Shown one piece after another: positions 1-10,366 of a stretch of 64,000 bases of DNA. How positions within the stretch are numbered: position 1 is the first letter of the stretch; each line of letters opens with the position of its first letter. The DNA comes from an uncultured bacterium (GTDB lineage Bacteria > Patescibacteriota > Minisyncoccia > Phycocordibacterales > DATDWN01): NCBI GenBank assembly GCA_963727715.1, contig CAVSGX010000006.1:12632-76631 (forward strand), written 5' to 3'. The notes beneath the pieces were generated by a model, which worked only from the letters and a program-made list of their open reading frames with translations, did no database searches and had not been told where the DNA came from. The position numbers and the translations under genes are program-made.

Positions 1-84
1 TTCTGCGAAAAATTTTTCAATAAAAATAGGGGACTTATCCCCTATTTCACTATGTCTCAAATTTTTAAAAACTAATTGGATATA

Positions 85-486
85 TTATTCTGTTGTTGTG
101 CCATCGAATTCTTCTTCATTTGTCTCGGCATCTTTTTTTGTCTCGCGAACAATACCGTCTTTATGATGGGCCGGAGAGTAAATCGTATACATTTTCAGAC
201 TGTCGCTGTCCGATGTATTTATAACATTATGCTGTGAACCACACGGCACAATGATAGTATCGCCGTCCACAACCTCATATTCATTGCCGTTTACAATAAC
301 TTTGCCCTCACCGGATTCAAAACGAAAAAATTGATCATTGTCCGGGTGAACTTCCATACCGATTTCTTCATTTGGCTGAAGCGACATTAAAACAAGTTGC
401 ATATGTTCGGCGGTATAAAGCACTTGGCGAAAATTATTGTTCTCTTTTGTTAAACTTTCAATATTTGCATGATAACCTTTTTTCAT
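85..486 (-). CDS. cupin-fold protein (cupin_2 conserved barrel)
   Basis: 133-aa ORF with a His-rich metal-binding beta-barrel signature (GMEVHPDNDQFF...GDTIIVPCGSQHNVIN) typical of small cupins. Confidence 0.6.
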   Translation of the reverse strand: MKKGYHANIESLTKENNNFRQVLYTAEHMQLVLMSLQPNEEIGMEVHPDNDQFFRFESGEGKVIVNGNEYEVVDGDTIIVPCGSQHNVINTSDSDSLKMYTIYSPAHHKDGIVRETKKDAETNEEEFDGTTTE

Positions 487-533
487 ATTTTTGTTTTTTA
501 GTTTGTAATAAACACTGGTTGATTATAGCACAT

Positions 534-1058
534 TTATTTTTTAAATCGTATCGGTATTTCAAATTGATCGGCATTAGCCGGTAGGCCTGATGGATTGTCC
601 TTTTCCAAGATGATTACCCCTGAATCGGTTGTGGAAGTGGCAAAATATAACAACGCTTTAAATGGCACAAAATTTCCTGTCGTCCAATCACTTTGGGCCT
701 GTGCCGGCACGCTACCGAGCAATTTGCCATTTGCGTCATACATTTTGACTGGAAACGAAGCCTCAAAATACCAATTTCTCGCTTCTCCGTTCAATTGTAA
801 AGGACTTTCCACCGTATCCCCCACTTTTATATTAACATTTTGTACTGACACTTTTTTGGGTGTCGATGTGGCGACTGGACATGGAAAATCACAGTAAGGA
901 CTGACACGATGAACAATAGTCCCATCTAGACAAATTCTTGTTTCTGTTGATGAACAACCCTTGTCCATAATATCTTTAGCCGAATTAAATTTATAAATTT
1001 CAAAACCAACGGCTAAAATAACAACAAGTGCGACTACAATCCAGATTATTTTTTTCAT
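534..1058 (-). CDS. membrane-anchored secreted protein with Gmad2-like immunoglobulin domain
   Basis: N-terminal TM helix (IIWIVVALVVILAVGF); C-terminal stretch VESPLQLNGEARNWYFEASFPVKMYDANGKLLG...WTTGNFVPF resembles the Gmad2 Ig-like domain. Confidence 0.45.
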   Translation of the reverse strand: MKKIIWIVVALVVILAVGFEIYKFNSAKDIMDKGCSSTETRICLDGTIVHRVSPYCDFPCPVATSTPKKVSVQNVNIKVGDTVESPLQLNGEARNWYFEASFPVKMYDANGKLLGSVPAQAQSDWTTGNFVPFKALLYFATSTTDSGVIILEKDNPSGLPANADQFEIPIRFKK

Positions 1059-1069
1059 ACAGTTCTAGA

Positions 1070-2530
1070 TTAAATATTAATCGCCTTTCTTATTCTGTCC
1101 AAAGTTTCATCTTTACCAAGTATATAAATAAGCGTAAATGGATCTGGACTTTTTTCCTTTCCGGAAAGAGATACTCGAAGTGGCCACAAAACATTCCCCT
1201 TGCCTTCTTTCGTGGCATAATCAAAAATCAGCGATTTTATTTTCTCAATACTTTCAAATGAATTCTCTGTTGCATCTTCAAAAATTTTCAAAACATATTG
1301 CAAATGTTTTTTTGCATCTTCCAAAGAAGAATCTTTCCATTTAAGCATTTCTTTTTCATATTTTGGCCTATTGAGAAAATACTGCAACTCCCCTTCCGAA
1401 ATAAGATTTTCAATATCGCCCCACTTGGAAATATGATCAAAAATCACAGGACACAATCTTTCCATAAATTTTTTATCTTGTAATTTTTCATCATCAATTT
1501 TTCTTGAGAGCCACTCGGAAATTTTCTGGTTTATTTCATTTTTAGGCAAAAGTTTCAGGTGCTCTTTGTTTATCCAATCCAGTTTTTCATCGCTCCATTG
1601 CGCTCCTGATTTTTGAACTTTGGCCAGATCAAAAACAAAAATCAACTCTTCCCTTCCAAAAATCTCCTTTTCTCCACCCGGGTTAAATCCGAGAAAAGCC
1701 AAATAATTTACCATTGTCTCCGACAAATATCCTTCTTTTTCGTAATCCAAAATATCTTTGGCTCCATCACGTTTGCCGAGTTTTCTTTTGCCTCCCTCAC
1801 CCATTATCGGCGGTGTTGTGACGAAAAATGGAGGTGTCGCTCCAAGCGCTTCATAGACAGACAAAAATTTTGGCACGGAAGAAAGAAATTCCTGACCGCG
1901 CACCACATGACTGACACCCATTAAAATGTCATCAACAATATGAGCGAAATTATATGTAGGGAATCCGTCGCTTTTGATCAAAATGAAATCATCCAAAGCT
2001 TCCGGTCCGGCAGAAAGTTCTCCCCAAACAAGATCGGTCCAGGAATATCTTTTTAATTCCGGCACTTTAAATCGCAACGGCTTGCCAACTTCCCATTTTG
2101 ATAAAACGGACGGCCTGTGGTCGCGAAAAAGAAAAGCAACCTTTTGTTCCTCGGCTTTTTTTCTAAATTGTTCAAGTTCGTCTTCACTGTAAGGATCGGC
2201 ATAGGCCAAACCTTTCTCGATAAGTTTTTCGGCGTATTTTATGTAAATCGGCAGTCTCTCCGATTGAACATAAGGCCCATTTGGTCCACCCACATCTGGG
2301 CCCTCATCCCAATCCAGGCCAAGCCAACGCAAAGATTTTTTAATATGGTCTACTGATCCAGAGATCTCTCTTTCCTTGTCTGTATCTTCTATGCGTAAAA
2401 TAAAAGTGCCCTTATTTTTCCGAGCCAAAAGCCAGGCGAAAAGGGCCGTTCGAACTCCTCCAACGTGCATAAAACCGGTTGGCGACGGGGCAAATCTAGT
2501 CACTATTTTTTTGTCAGCGTTTTTCTGCAT
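1070..2530 (-). CDS. gltX: glutamyl-tRNA synthetase
   Basis: 486 aa; class I HIGH-region motif FAPSPTGFMHVGGVRTALFAWLLAR and overall GluRS layout. Confidence 0.9.
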   Translation of the reverse strand: MQKNADKKIVTRFAPSPTGFMHVGGVRTALFAWLLARKNKGTFILRIEDTDKEREISGSVDHIKKSLRWLGLDWDEGPDVGGPNGPYVQSERLPIYIKYAEKLIEKGLAYADPYSEDELEQFRKKAEEQKVAFLFRDHRPSVLSKWEVGKPLRFKVPELKRYSWTDLVWGELSAGPEALDDFILIKSDGFPTYNFAHIVDDILMGVSHVVRGQEFLSSVPKFLSVYEALGATPPFFVTTPPIMGEGGKRKLGKRDGAKDILDYEKEGYLSETMVNYLAFLGFNPGGEKEIFGREELIFVFDLAKVQKSGAQWSDEKLDWINKEHLKLLPKNEINQKISEWLSRKIDDEKLQDKKFMERLCPVIFDHISKWGDIENLISEGELQYFLNRPKYEKEMLKWKDSSLEDAKKHLQYVLKIFEDATENSFESIEKIKSLIFDYATKEGKGNVLWPLRVSLSGKEKSPDPFTLIYILGKDETLDRIRKAINI

Positions 2531-3670
2531 TTATTTTTCATGAGTCAAAGCAATATCCAGAATTTCTTTGGCGATAAGTTTGGCTGAATCACGACGGCTG
2601 AATTTCTTAGCGGCCTCACTCATTTTTCGCAACTCTTCTTTATTATTCATTAATCTATCAATTTCGGAAATCAAAATATGCCCAGTCAGATTTTTTTCTT
2701 CAATCACTTCACAGGCGCCGGTCCCGGCATAAGAATAGGCGTTTGTTTTTTGGTCATGGGAAGTTTTTTCCGGAATAGGAATAATAATACTTGGTATTCC
2801 CCAACTTGCGATTTCAAAAATTGTCGAACCGGCCCGGGAAATAACTATACTAGCAATACCCGCAGCCATTCTCATTGACAAAACGTTAAGATAATCAAAT
2901 GGTTTGTATCTGTCTTTATGTTGACTTTTATTCAAAACAATCTCGGCTGTCTGTTTTATCACCCCTATATTTTTTTTACCAGTTTGATGAATGATTTGAT
3001 ATTTTAAAACAAGATCTGGCAAAATACTCATAATAGCTTCGTTTATGTGTTGTGCTCCTTGAGAACCACCCAAAATAAATATAACCGGTATTTCTGGTTC
3101 CAGATGCAAAAATTCTCTTGCTCCCACTGAAAGTGGTTCCAGAAGTTCTTTACGAACCGGGTTGCCGGTGTAAGCAGTCTTTTCTGCTGGGAAAAATTTG
3201 GCCGACTCTGGGTAAGAAACAGCGATTTTTTTGGCAAATTTGCCCGCCCAAGCGTTGACTTTTCCTGGCTCGGTATCTGATTCGTGAATGACCACGGGGA
3301 TGCCTAAAATCCTAGCCACCAAAAGCGCAGGAAAACTGGCGTAACCGCCTTTGCCGAAAATCACATCTGGATAAATATTGAAAATTGTCACTAGGGCTTT
3401 AATAGCACCCCAAAAAGTTTTAAAAAGATCAAAAAAATTTTTGATAATGTTTTGGACAGAAAAAGATCGACGAATTTTACCAGTGCTGACCTTTTTGAAA
3501 ATTATACCGTTTTCATACAAAAGACCTTCATTGTAATTTTCTGTTGACATATAAAAAAGCTCCGGTCTAAGTATCCGATTTTCTTTGGTTAAAGTGTTTA
3601 ATTCTTCGGCAATGGCTATAATCGGATAAAAATGTCCACCCGAACCACCGCCTGTCAATAATATTTTCAT
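2531..3670 (-). CDS. murG: UDP-GlcNAc:undecaprenyl-PP-MurNAc-pentapeptide GlcNAc transferase MurG
   Basis: 379 aa; N-terminal KILLTGGGSGGHFYPIIAIAEEL glycosyltransferase-28 motif; placed in the mraY-ftsW-murG order. Confidence 0.9.
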   Translation of the reverse strand: MKILLTGGGSGGHFYPIIAIAEELNTLTKENRILRPELFYMSTENYNEGLLYENGIIFKKVSTGKIRRSFSVQNIIKNFFDLFKTFWGAIKALVTIFNIYPDVIFGKGGYASFPALLVARILGIPVVIHESDTEPGKVNAWAGKFAKKIAVSYPESAKFFPAEKTAYTGNPVRKELLEPLSVGAREFLHLEPEIPVIFILGGSQGAQHINEAIMSILPDLVLKYQIIHQTGKKNIGVIKQTAEIVLNKSQHKDRYKPFDYLNVLSMRMAAGIASIVISRAGSTIFEIASWGIPSIIIPIPEKTSHDQKTNAYSYAGTGACEVIEEKNLTGHILISEIDRLMNNKEELRKMSEAAKKFSRRDSAKLIAKEILDIALTHEK

Positions 3671-4767
3671 TTTTTTACTTTCACATTTTTTGACACATTC
3701 AGAACGATCCCGACTTCAGCCAAAGTCATAAACAAAGCTGTTCCCCCATGGCTGATGAAAGGTAAAGGAATGCCGGACAAAGGCAAAACTCCAACCATCG
3801 CCCCGATATTCACAAAAGCCTGCGACACAATCATTATAACAATCCCAACCACTATCAGTCTACCATACGGGTCTGTTACATTACCGGCGATTTTCAACCC
3901 ACGAAAAGCAAAAAATATGAAAAGGAAGATGATAAAAATAGCTCCAATGAACCCAAACTCTTCCGAAGCCACAGAAAAAATGGAATCGCCAATTGATTCC
4001 GGCAGAAAGTTGAATTTTTGAATGCTTTGACCGAATCCCCTACCGGAGAGGCCTCCGGATCCTATGGCGATAAGAGATTGTCCTATCTGATATCCGCTAG
4101 TCAACGAATTTTCTCCGGGATTTAAAAATGTTTCAAAACGACTCATGACATAAGGTCTTTCCACGGCGATAACTCCTAAACCAATCACCCCAATTATGGC
4201 CAACAAAAAAATATATCGCCATTTTCCTCCAGCAGTCAAAAAAATGGCGATGCCGGCGAAAAAAGTTATAAGAAAAGTGTCAGTGTCCGGTTGTTTTAAA
4301 AGAATTAAACCAACAATGGCGCTTAAAATAACAAAAGGCAAAAAACCATGTTTAAAAGTTCTAGCCTTGTCTTTGAGCCCGAGCCAAGCCGACAAATACA
4401 TAATGTAACCGATCTTCAAAAGTTCCGATGTTTGGAATGACAATGACCCGATGTAAATCCAGCGAGCTGCGCCACCGTGGGCTGAACCAATATGAGGGAC
4501 AAAAACCAAAAGAGTGGCAAGTATTGACAAAACAAAAATAAAAAAACTGTATTTATGATAAAGCTTGTAATTAATCTTGGAAGCAATGATACAAGCTAAA
4601 ATTCCGAAGAAGAGTCCAAAAAAAGTCTGATTGAAAGAGGCGCTAGAATATGTTGCGCTACTTCTAACCAAAAGCCCAAGCGAAGCTGAAGAAAAAATCA
4701 AAAAACCCAAGACAACCAATATGGCGACAGAGATTAGAAACGGCATGTCAACTTTTAAACTGTGCAT
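3667..4767 (-). CDS. ftsW: SEDS-family peptidoglycan polymerase FtsW/RodA
   Basis: 366 aa polytopic membrane protein; SEDS motifs (SGRGFGQSIQKFNFLPE, PLPFISHGGT); 4-nt overlap with murG. Confidence 0.85.
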   Translation of the reverse strand: MHSLKVDMPFLISVAILVVLGFLIFSSASLGLLVRSSATYSSASFNQTFFGLFFGILACIIASKINYKLYHKYSFFIFVLSILATLLVFVPHIGSAHGGAARWIYIGSLSFQTSELLKIGYIMYLSAWLGLKDKARTFKHGFLPFVILSAIVGLILLKQPDTDTFLITFFAGIAIFLTAGGKWRYIFLLAIIGVIGLGVIAVERPYVMSRFETFLNPGENSLTSGYQIGQSLIAIGSGGLSGRGFGQSIQKFNFLPESIGDSIFSVASEEFGFIGAIFIIFLFIFFAFRGLKIAGNVTDPYGRLIVVGIVIMIVSQAFVNIGAMVGVLPLSGIPLPFISHGGTALFMTLAEVGIVLNVSKNVKVKK

Positions 4768-4769
4768 GT

Positions 4770-5828
4770 TTAGCTAATTAACACAATTATGACACCAATG
4801 ATGGCAAAGACAACACTGACAATCCAATAGCGCATGACCACTTTTTCGCGCGACCAGCCGATCGCTTCAAAATGATGATGCAGAGGAGCGACTCTAAAAA
4901 CTCGCCGATGGCCGAAGTATTTATAGGAAATAACTTGAGCGATAACTGAAAGCGAAGTAATGACTAGTGGTAGGGCGATGATCGGTAAAATCATAACCGA
5001 GTTGGTCAAAAAAGCGATTACAGAAAGTGTGACTGTCAAACCAAGAATGCCAGTTTCTCCCATATAAAAACGGGCCGGTGGAATATTAAACCAAAGAAAA
5101 GCCAATATCCCACCACCGATCACGGCGCATAAAGCGGCAATGTCGATCTGGTTGTGCACGAAAGCAATAACGGCGTAGGCGGTAAAAATAGTGGCCATTA
5201 CTCCACCGGAAAGTCCGTCTAAACCATCGATTACACTAGTGGAAAAAACAGCCAGCATGACAATAATAAAAAACGGAATAAACATCCAACCTAAATTGAT
5301 ATCGTACCAAAACGGGATATGAATCATTGTCGCTCCAAGTTTGAAATAAAACCACAAGCTGATGGCAAGGCCGATAATGGTTATAAGACCAACTTTGACT
5401 CGACGATAGACTATGCTGTCTTTGGCATAAGCGCCTTTGCCGATGATCTGCAAGGTGTCATCAATCAAACCTATAAGCGAGGCCAAAATAAGCGCCGCAA
5501 GCGGAATAAGCGTTTGACTGCGACTGAAAAAATTCAATTTTTCAGTCAAAGTGGTCGGGAATATTTCCGATATCAAAAAAATTATCGCGACTGTCAGCAA
5601 AACTGAAATCCAAATAATCACCCCCCCAACTCGCGGAGTTGACAACTCACCTTTTGTGTTATGTACTTTAGCAAAATCGTCGCAAGTAATATCCCCTGCC
5701 TCGGTCCGCGGTGATTTCTTCCACATCTTGTATTTGTAGAAAAAGTTGGTGAAAAAAGGTGTGATCAAGACACCTATAAAGAAGGTCAAAACGGATGGCA
5801 CAATGACTTTTAAAACATTGATTATCAT
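4770..5828 (-). CDS. mraY: phospho-N-acetylmuramoyl-pentapeptide transferase MraY
   Basis: 352 aa polytopic membrane protein; DDTLQ...DGLDGL and HHHFE motifs of the MraY/WecA family. Confidence 0.9.
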   Translation of the reverse strand: MIINVLKVIVPSVLTFFIGVLITPFFTNFFYKYKMWKKSPRTEAGDITCDDFAKVHNTKGELSTPRVGGVIIWISVLLTVAIIFLISEIFPTTLTEKLNFFSRSQTLIPLAALILASLIGLIDDTLQIIGKGAYAKDSIVYRRVKVGLITIIGLAISLWFYFKLGATMIHIPFWYDINLGWMFIPFFIIVMLAVFSTSVIDGLDGLSGGVMATIFTAYAVIAFVHNQIDIAALCAVIGGGILAFLWFNIPPARFYMGETGILGLTVTLSVIAFLTNSVMILPIIALPLVITSLSVIAQVISYKYFGHRRVFRVAPLHHHFEAIGWSREKVVMRYWIVSVVFAIIGVIIVLIS

Positions 5829-7663
5829 GATTTATTTTTGTTTTCTATGAAAATATCATACCACAGAGCCAGCATAAGCAAAGCGTAGATTTTGCGGGAA
5901 TTGTCGGCTGATTTTGCGATGTGATCGTCGATCAGTTTTTGAATATAAATAGTGTTCATTTTCTGTTTGATATATGAATTTTTCAAAATTGTGTCGTAAA
6001 CACTTTGTCGGTCAGCCGTAAACCAGTCGCGAACAGGTGTCGGAAAGCCCAGTTTTTTCCTGTTGCGAGTTTCTTCCGGAATGACATCTTTGAACGCCTC
6101 TCGCAGAAGATATTTTGTCGTCCCACCACGCCATTTGAAATTATCCGGCAAAGTTTTGGCAAGGTCGGCCACGACGGTGTCCAAAAAAGGTACGCGCAGT
6201 TCTAAGGAGTTTGCCATTGTCATTTTGTCGGCCTTGGCCAAGATGTCGCCGATGAGCCAAGTGTTTATATCTATATATTGCATTTTGATTGAATCGCTCC
6301 AACCGTCGGTTTTTTTGTAAATAGAATCAAGCGAAAAAGTTTTTTCCGGTGTGGCTTTCCAAAGTTTTTTCAAATCATCTTGCTTGAAAATGGAAGCGTT
6401 GCCAATATACCAGTCAGAAAGTTTGCTTACGGCTCGGTGAATGTAATTTTTACCGAAAAATTCAAAAGGAATTTTCAAAAATAATTTCAGAAAATATTTT
6501 GGTAGCCAGGAAATTTTGCGATAAGCGTACGGCGCGAGATAGATGTTGTATCCGCCAAAGAGTTCATCACTTCCCTCTCCGGAAAGGACAACGGTGACAT
6601 GTTTGCGCGCTTCGCGAGCCACAAAATAGAGCCCGATTGCCGACGGATCGGCCACCGGTTCGTCGAAATGCCAGACGGCTTTAGACAAAATATCAAAATA
6701 TTCGTCCGGTCCGATTTTGATTTCGGTGTGGTCCGTTTCCAAAAAATCAGATGTCTGACTGGCTTCCCTACCCTCTGTCAATGTATCAAAGCCAACCGTG
6801 AAGGTTTTAATCTTTTTATCCCCGCGGACTTCCTGCATCAATGTGGCAATGATTGACGAATCCACTCCGCCGGAAAGAAACGCCCCAACAGGCACATCGG
6901 CAATCATATGATGCGTCACTGAATCCCGCATTGTCTCCTTGATTTTTCCAGCAGTTTTTTTCTCATCCAGTTTTTCGTTCGGAGCAAACTCAAACGACCA
7001 ATATTTTTTCATTTCCGACTCCCCTGTTTTCAAATCAATTTTTAAAAAATGCGCCGGTGGAAGCTTCCAAACTCCTTTGAAAAAAGTTTGATCAAGCGGG
7101 TTGTACTGGAAAGAAAGATAATTGTAAACAGCTTCGTCGTTCGCTTCAGCTTTAAATCCCGGGACATCCAAAAAACTTTTTATTTCCGAACTGAATGCCG
7201 TGATTTTCTGTCCGACTTTCAAATAATAAAGTGGCTTGATGCCGAAAAAGTCGCGAGCCAGAAAAATTTTTTTTGTTTCCGTATTGTAAATGCAAAAAGC
7301 AAACATTCCACGCAGTCGCGGAAGCATCGCTTCGCCGTAGGTGATGTACATTTGCAAAATAACTTCAGTGTCGCTGTGTGTATTCATTTTGACGCCGAGC
7401 TTGACCAACTCATCTCGTAGTTCTTTGTAGTTGTAAATCTCGCCGTTGAAAAAAATTAGCCACTTTCTGTTCTCCGAAAAAATCGGTTGCTGTCCAGTGG
7501 ACAGGTCAATAATGGAAAGTCGTCTCATTCCGAGGCCCACAAAATCGTCGCAAAAAAAACCGTCCTCGTCCGGTCCTCTATGTAAAATTCTCTTGACCAT
7601 CCGGTCAATGATTTGCTCCCTATTTTCCGCCTTTGGATCAATAGTTCCGGCAATTCCACACAT
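5825..7663 (-). CDS. asnB: asparagine synthase (glutamine-hydrolysing) family amidotransferase
   Basis: 612 aa; N-terminal MCGIAG Ntn-glutaminase start, PP-loop SGGVDSS in the synthetase domain; embedded in the peptidoglycan gene cluster. Confidence 0.85.
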   Translation of the reverse strand: MCGIAGTIDPKAENREQIIDRMVKRILHRGPDEDGFFCDDFVGLGMRRLSIIDLSTGQQPIFSENRKWLIFFNGEIYNYKELRDELVKLGVKMNTHSDTEVILQMYITYGEAMLPRLRGMFAFCIYNTETKKIFLARDFFGIKPLYYLKVGQKITAFSSEIKSFLDVPGFKAEANDEAVYNYLSFQYNPLDQTFFKGVWKLPPAHFLKIDLKTGESEMKKYWSFEFAPNEKLDEKKTAGKIKETMRDSVTHHMIADVPVGAFLSGGVDSSIIATLMQEVRGDKKIKTFTVGFDTLTEGREASQTSDFLETDHTEIKIGPDEYFDILSKAVWHFDEPVADPSAIGLYFVAREARKHVTVVLSGEGSDELFGGYNIYLAPYAYRKISWLPKYFLKLFLKIPFEFFGKNYIHRAVSKLSDWYIGNASIFKQDDLKKLWKATPEKTFSLDSIYKKTDGWSDSIKMQYIDINTWLIGDILAKADKMTMANSLELRVPFLDTVVADLAKTLPDNFKWRGGTTKYLLREAFKDVIPEETRNRKKLGFPTPVRDWFTADRQSVYDTILKNSYIKQKMNTIYIQKLIDDHIAKSADNSRKIYALLMLALWYDIFIENKNKS

Positions 7664-7732
7664 AATGACAGTATATAATATTTAGGCCGATAAACAAAAT
7701 CTGTCGTGCGGACTTGACTTTAAAGATGATGT

Positions 7733-8110
7733 ATGATAATTTTTTATTGGGAGAAACGATACACCATGTCTTGGAAGTGGTTTAGTTTTGGGGTAGTTTC
7801 GGCTGCCACCATTACTTTGATCATTGAACTTGTTCCAAAAATGATTGGATTTGGTATACTCGTCATTTTTTTCGTAAGCGGTCTCATTGGTATGGGTATC
7901 GCTATTGGTTCAAATGCAGGCCGGGGTCGGTGGGCAAAACGATCCTGGGAGTATAACGCAATATCTTTTGTTTTATCAGGCGGTGTTTCCGATAATGATC
8001 ACCCAATTCTAACCAAAAAATATCCACATCTTGGTGGATTCATGACTGGTTATGCAATCATTGGTGGAATTGGTATCTTTTTTAACATAATGAATATGTT
8101 GGGAAATTAG
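7733..8110 (+). CDS. small integral membrane protein, unknown function
   Basis: 125 aa with 3-4 predicted TM helices; no recognisable motif. Confidence 0.4.
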   Translation: MIIFYWEKRYTMSWKWFSFGVVSAATITLIIELVPKMIGFGILVIFFVSGLIGMGIAIGSNAGRGRWAKRSWEYNAISFVLSGGVSDNDHPILTKKYPHLGGFMTGYAIIGGIGIFFNIMNMLGN

Positions 8111-8121
8111 AATTTATCAAA

Positions 8122-8153
8122 AAGCCTAGCGAGTTGCTTAGGCTTTCTTTTTT
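8122..8153. terminator. bidirectional intrinsic terminator between the 7733..8110 gene and dnaK
   Basis: hairpin aagcctagc-N5-gcttaggctt flanked by an A-run upstream and a T-run downstream, between convergent gene ends. Confidence 0.5.
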
Positions 8154-8212
8154 ACAAAAAATCTTCCGTTTTTGGTGGAAAATTTTTGTTTTTACTCTCT
8201 ACTTTCTACCCA

Positions 8213-10135
8213 TTACTTATTATCTTCAGGTTTCTTCTCCTCAAAATCCGCGTCTCTCACTGGACCTTCGCCTTCTTTAGGTGGGGTTTGGCCTCCTTGC
8301 GACTGCGCTTGTTCCTGTGCGAATTTGTTCAGAATTTCACCGATTTTGGAAAGCTCGGTGGACAGATCAGATGTAGATTTTTTAATCAGCTCCATATCCT
8401 CGCCATCTTTGGCTTTTTTCAAATCAGTGATTTTATTTTCAATTGAAACTCTCAACTCGGCCGGCACTTTCTCTCCTGCGTCGCGCAGAGATTTTTCCGA
8501 AGTGTAGATGAGTTGTTCACCGATGTTTTTGGCCTCGGCCAAATCGCGCTTTTTCTGGTCGTCGGCAGCGTGAGCTTCGGCGTCCTTCTGCATTTTCTCA
8601 ATGTCTTCTTTTGACAAGCCGGAGCGAGCTTCAATGCGGATGGACTGTTCCTTGCCAGTAGCTTTGTCCTTGGCTTTAACAGCCAAGATGCCGTTGGCGT
8701 CCACATCAAATGTCACCTCAATCTGTGGCATACCGCGAGGGGCTGGCGGAATGCCGTCGAAGATAAATCGCCCAAGTGTTTTGTTGTCGCCCGCCATGGC
8801 TCGCTCACCTTGCACGATGTGAATTTCCACAGACGTCTGATTGTCCGAGGCTGTGGAGAAAATTTGCGAACGCGATGCCGGGATGGTGGTGTTGCGTTCT
8901 ATCAGTTTCGTCGCCACCGAGCCCATCGTCTCAATGCCGAGCGAAAGCGGAATGACATCCAGAAGCAAAACATCTTTGACATCGCCGGCCATAATTCCAC
9001 CTTGAATGGCCGCGCCGAGAGCCACCACTTCGTCCGGATTGATGGACTTGTTCGGTTCCTTGCCGAAAAATTCTTTGACCCTTTCAGCCATTTTCGGCAT
9101 GCGGGTTTGCCCGCCGACCAGAATGACTTCGTTTATTTGCGCCGTTGAGTAGCCGGAAGCATCCATCGCTCGTTTGGTTATCATCATGGCTCGATCAATG
9201 AATTCCGCGCAAAGCTCTTCCAGTTTGGCTCGAGAAAGCTTGATCAGCAAGTGTTTCGGGCCGGAGGCGTCCGAGGTGATGAACGGGATGTTGATTTCCG
9301 ACTCCATAGCGCTGGAAAGCTCAATTTTGGCCTTCTCAGCCGCTTCGTCGAGGCGTTGCAGGGCCAGCATATCCGTGCGCAAATCAATGCCTGATTCCTT
9401 TTTGAATTCATCGGCCAAGTAGTTTATGATTTTCTGATCAATATCTTTTCCGCCGAGATGTGAGTCGCCATCAGTTGATTTGACTTTAATGTCGCCACCA
9501 ACTTCATCCACATCCACTTCCAAAATGGAAACATCAAATGTTCCGCCACCGAAGTCAAAGACCACGATTTTTTCATCCTTGTGGTTTTTATCAAATCCGT
9601 AAGCCAGCGCCGCAGCGGTCGGCTCGTTGATGATGCGTTTGACATCGAGGCCGGCGATTTGTCCGGCATCTTTGGTGGCCTGTCTTTGCGAATCGTTGAA
9701 ATAAGCCGGCACGGTGATGATGGCTTCTGTTACCTTCTGGCCGAGTTTGGCCTCGGCATCGGTTTTCAGTTTTCCGATAATCATGGCCGAAATTTCCTCC
9801 GGCGTGTATTCCTTGTCGTTCATTTTGACTTTGACCCCGCCGGTGCCGGATTTCAAAACTTCAAACGGCACAATGGCTTTGTCTTTCTGCACGCCCGGAT
9901 CGTCAAATGTGTGGCCGATAAAGCGTTTGATGCCGAAAATGGTGTTTTTCGGGTTAGTCACGGCCTGACGCTTGGCCAAAAGCCCGACAATTCTCTCCCC
10001 TGTTTTGGAGATAGCCACAATGGACGGCGTTGTCCGCGCACCCTCGGCGTTCTCCAATATTTTTGGAGCTCCAACTTCCATGACTGCCACTGCGGAATTT
10101 GTGGTACCTAGATCGATCCCAATAATTTTACTCAT
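8213..10135 (-). CDS. dnaK: molecular chaperone DnaK (Hsp70)
   Basis: 640 aa; [28 protein letters not shown] and the remaining Hsp70 signatures. Confidence 0.95.
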   Translation of the reverse strand: MSKIIGIDLGTTNSAVAVMEVGAPKILENAEGARTTPSIVAISKTGERIVGLLAKRQAVTNPKNTIFGIKRFIGHTFDDPGVQKDKAIVPFEVLKSGTGGVKVKMNDKEYTPEEISAMIIGKLKTDAEAKLGQKVTEAIITVPAYFNDSQRQATKDAGQIAGLDVKRIINEPTAAALAYGFDKNHKDEKIVVFDFGGGTFDVSILEVDVDEVGGDIKVKSTDGDSHLGGKDIDQKIINYLADEFKKESGIDLRTDMLALQRLDEAAEKAKIELSSAMESEINIPFITSDASGPKHLLIKLSRAKLEELCAEFIDRAMMITKRAMDASGYSTAQINEVILVGGQTRMPKMAERVKEFFGKEPNKSINPDEVVALGAAIQGGIMAGDVKDVLLLDVIPLSLGIETMGSVATKLIERNTTIPASRSQIFSTASDNQTSVEIHIVQGERAMAGDNKTLGRFIFDGIPPAPRGMPQIEVTFDVDANGILAVKAKDKATGKEQSIRIEARSGLSKEDIEKMQKDAEAHAADDQKKRDLAEAKNIGEQLIYTSEKSLRDAGEKVPAELRVSIENKITDLKKAKDGEDMELIKKSTSDLSTELSKIGEILNKFAQEQAQSQGGQTPPKEGEGPVRDADFEEKKPEDNK

Positions 10136-10176
10136 ATTTTTTAATTTAATTAGATTTGTAAAACAAACAATAAATA

Positions 10177-10362
10177 ACCACTGAGTAAAATCTCCAGAAG
10201 AATTTCATTTTTGGAGGCTCCACAGGCACGGAGCACGGTTCTGTCAACGACCCGAGCAAAGCGAGGGCTCTTGACAGATCCGTGCCGAGGACAGCCGAGA
10301 ATGCCCGCTGGGGCATTTGAGGTTACTCCAAAAATGAAATTCTTCTGGAGATTTTACGATCG
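10177..10362. repeat. palindromic intergenic element, copy 1 of 3
   Basis: perfect 26-nt terminal inverted repeat tctccagaagaatttcatttttggag / ctccaaaaatgaaattcttctggaga enclosing a nested-palindrome core; homologous along its whole length to 11585..11764 and in its core to 53480..53675. Confidence 0.8.
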
Positions 10363-10366
10363 CAAA

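Noticed and set aside
8172-10184. Numerous 60-180-aa ORFs on the strand opposite dnaK (and likewise opposite gltX, asnB, alaS, acd, porA, mreB)
   Set aside because: They are antisense shadows inside well-supported long genes, with no start-site context. They are an expected artefact of six-frame translation.
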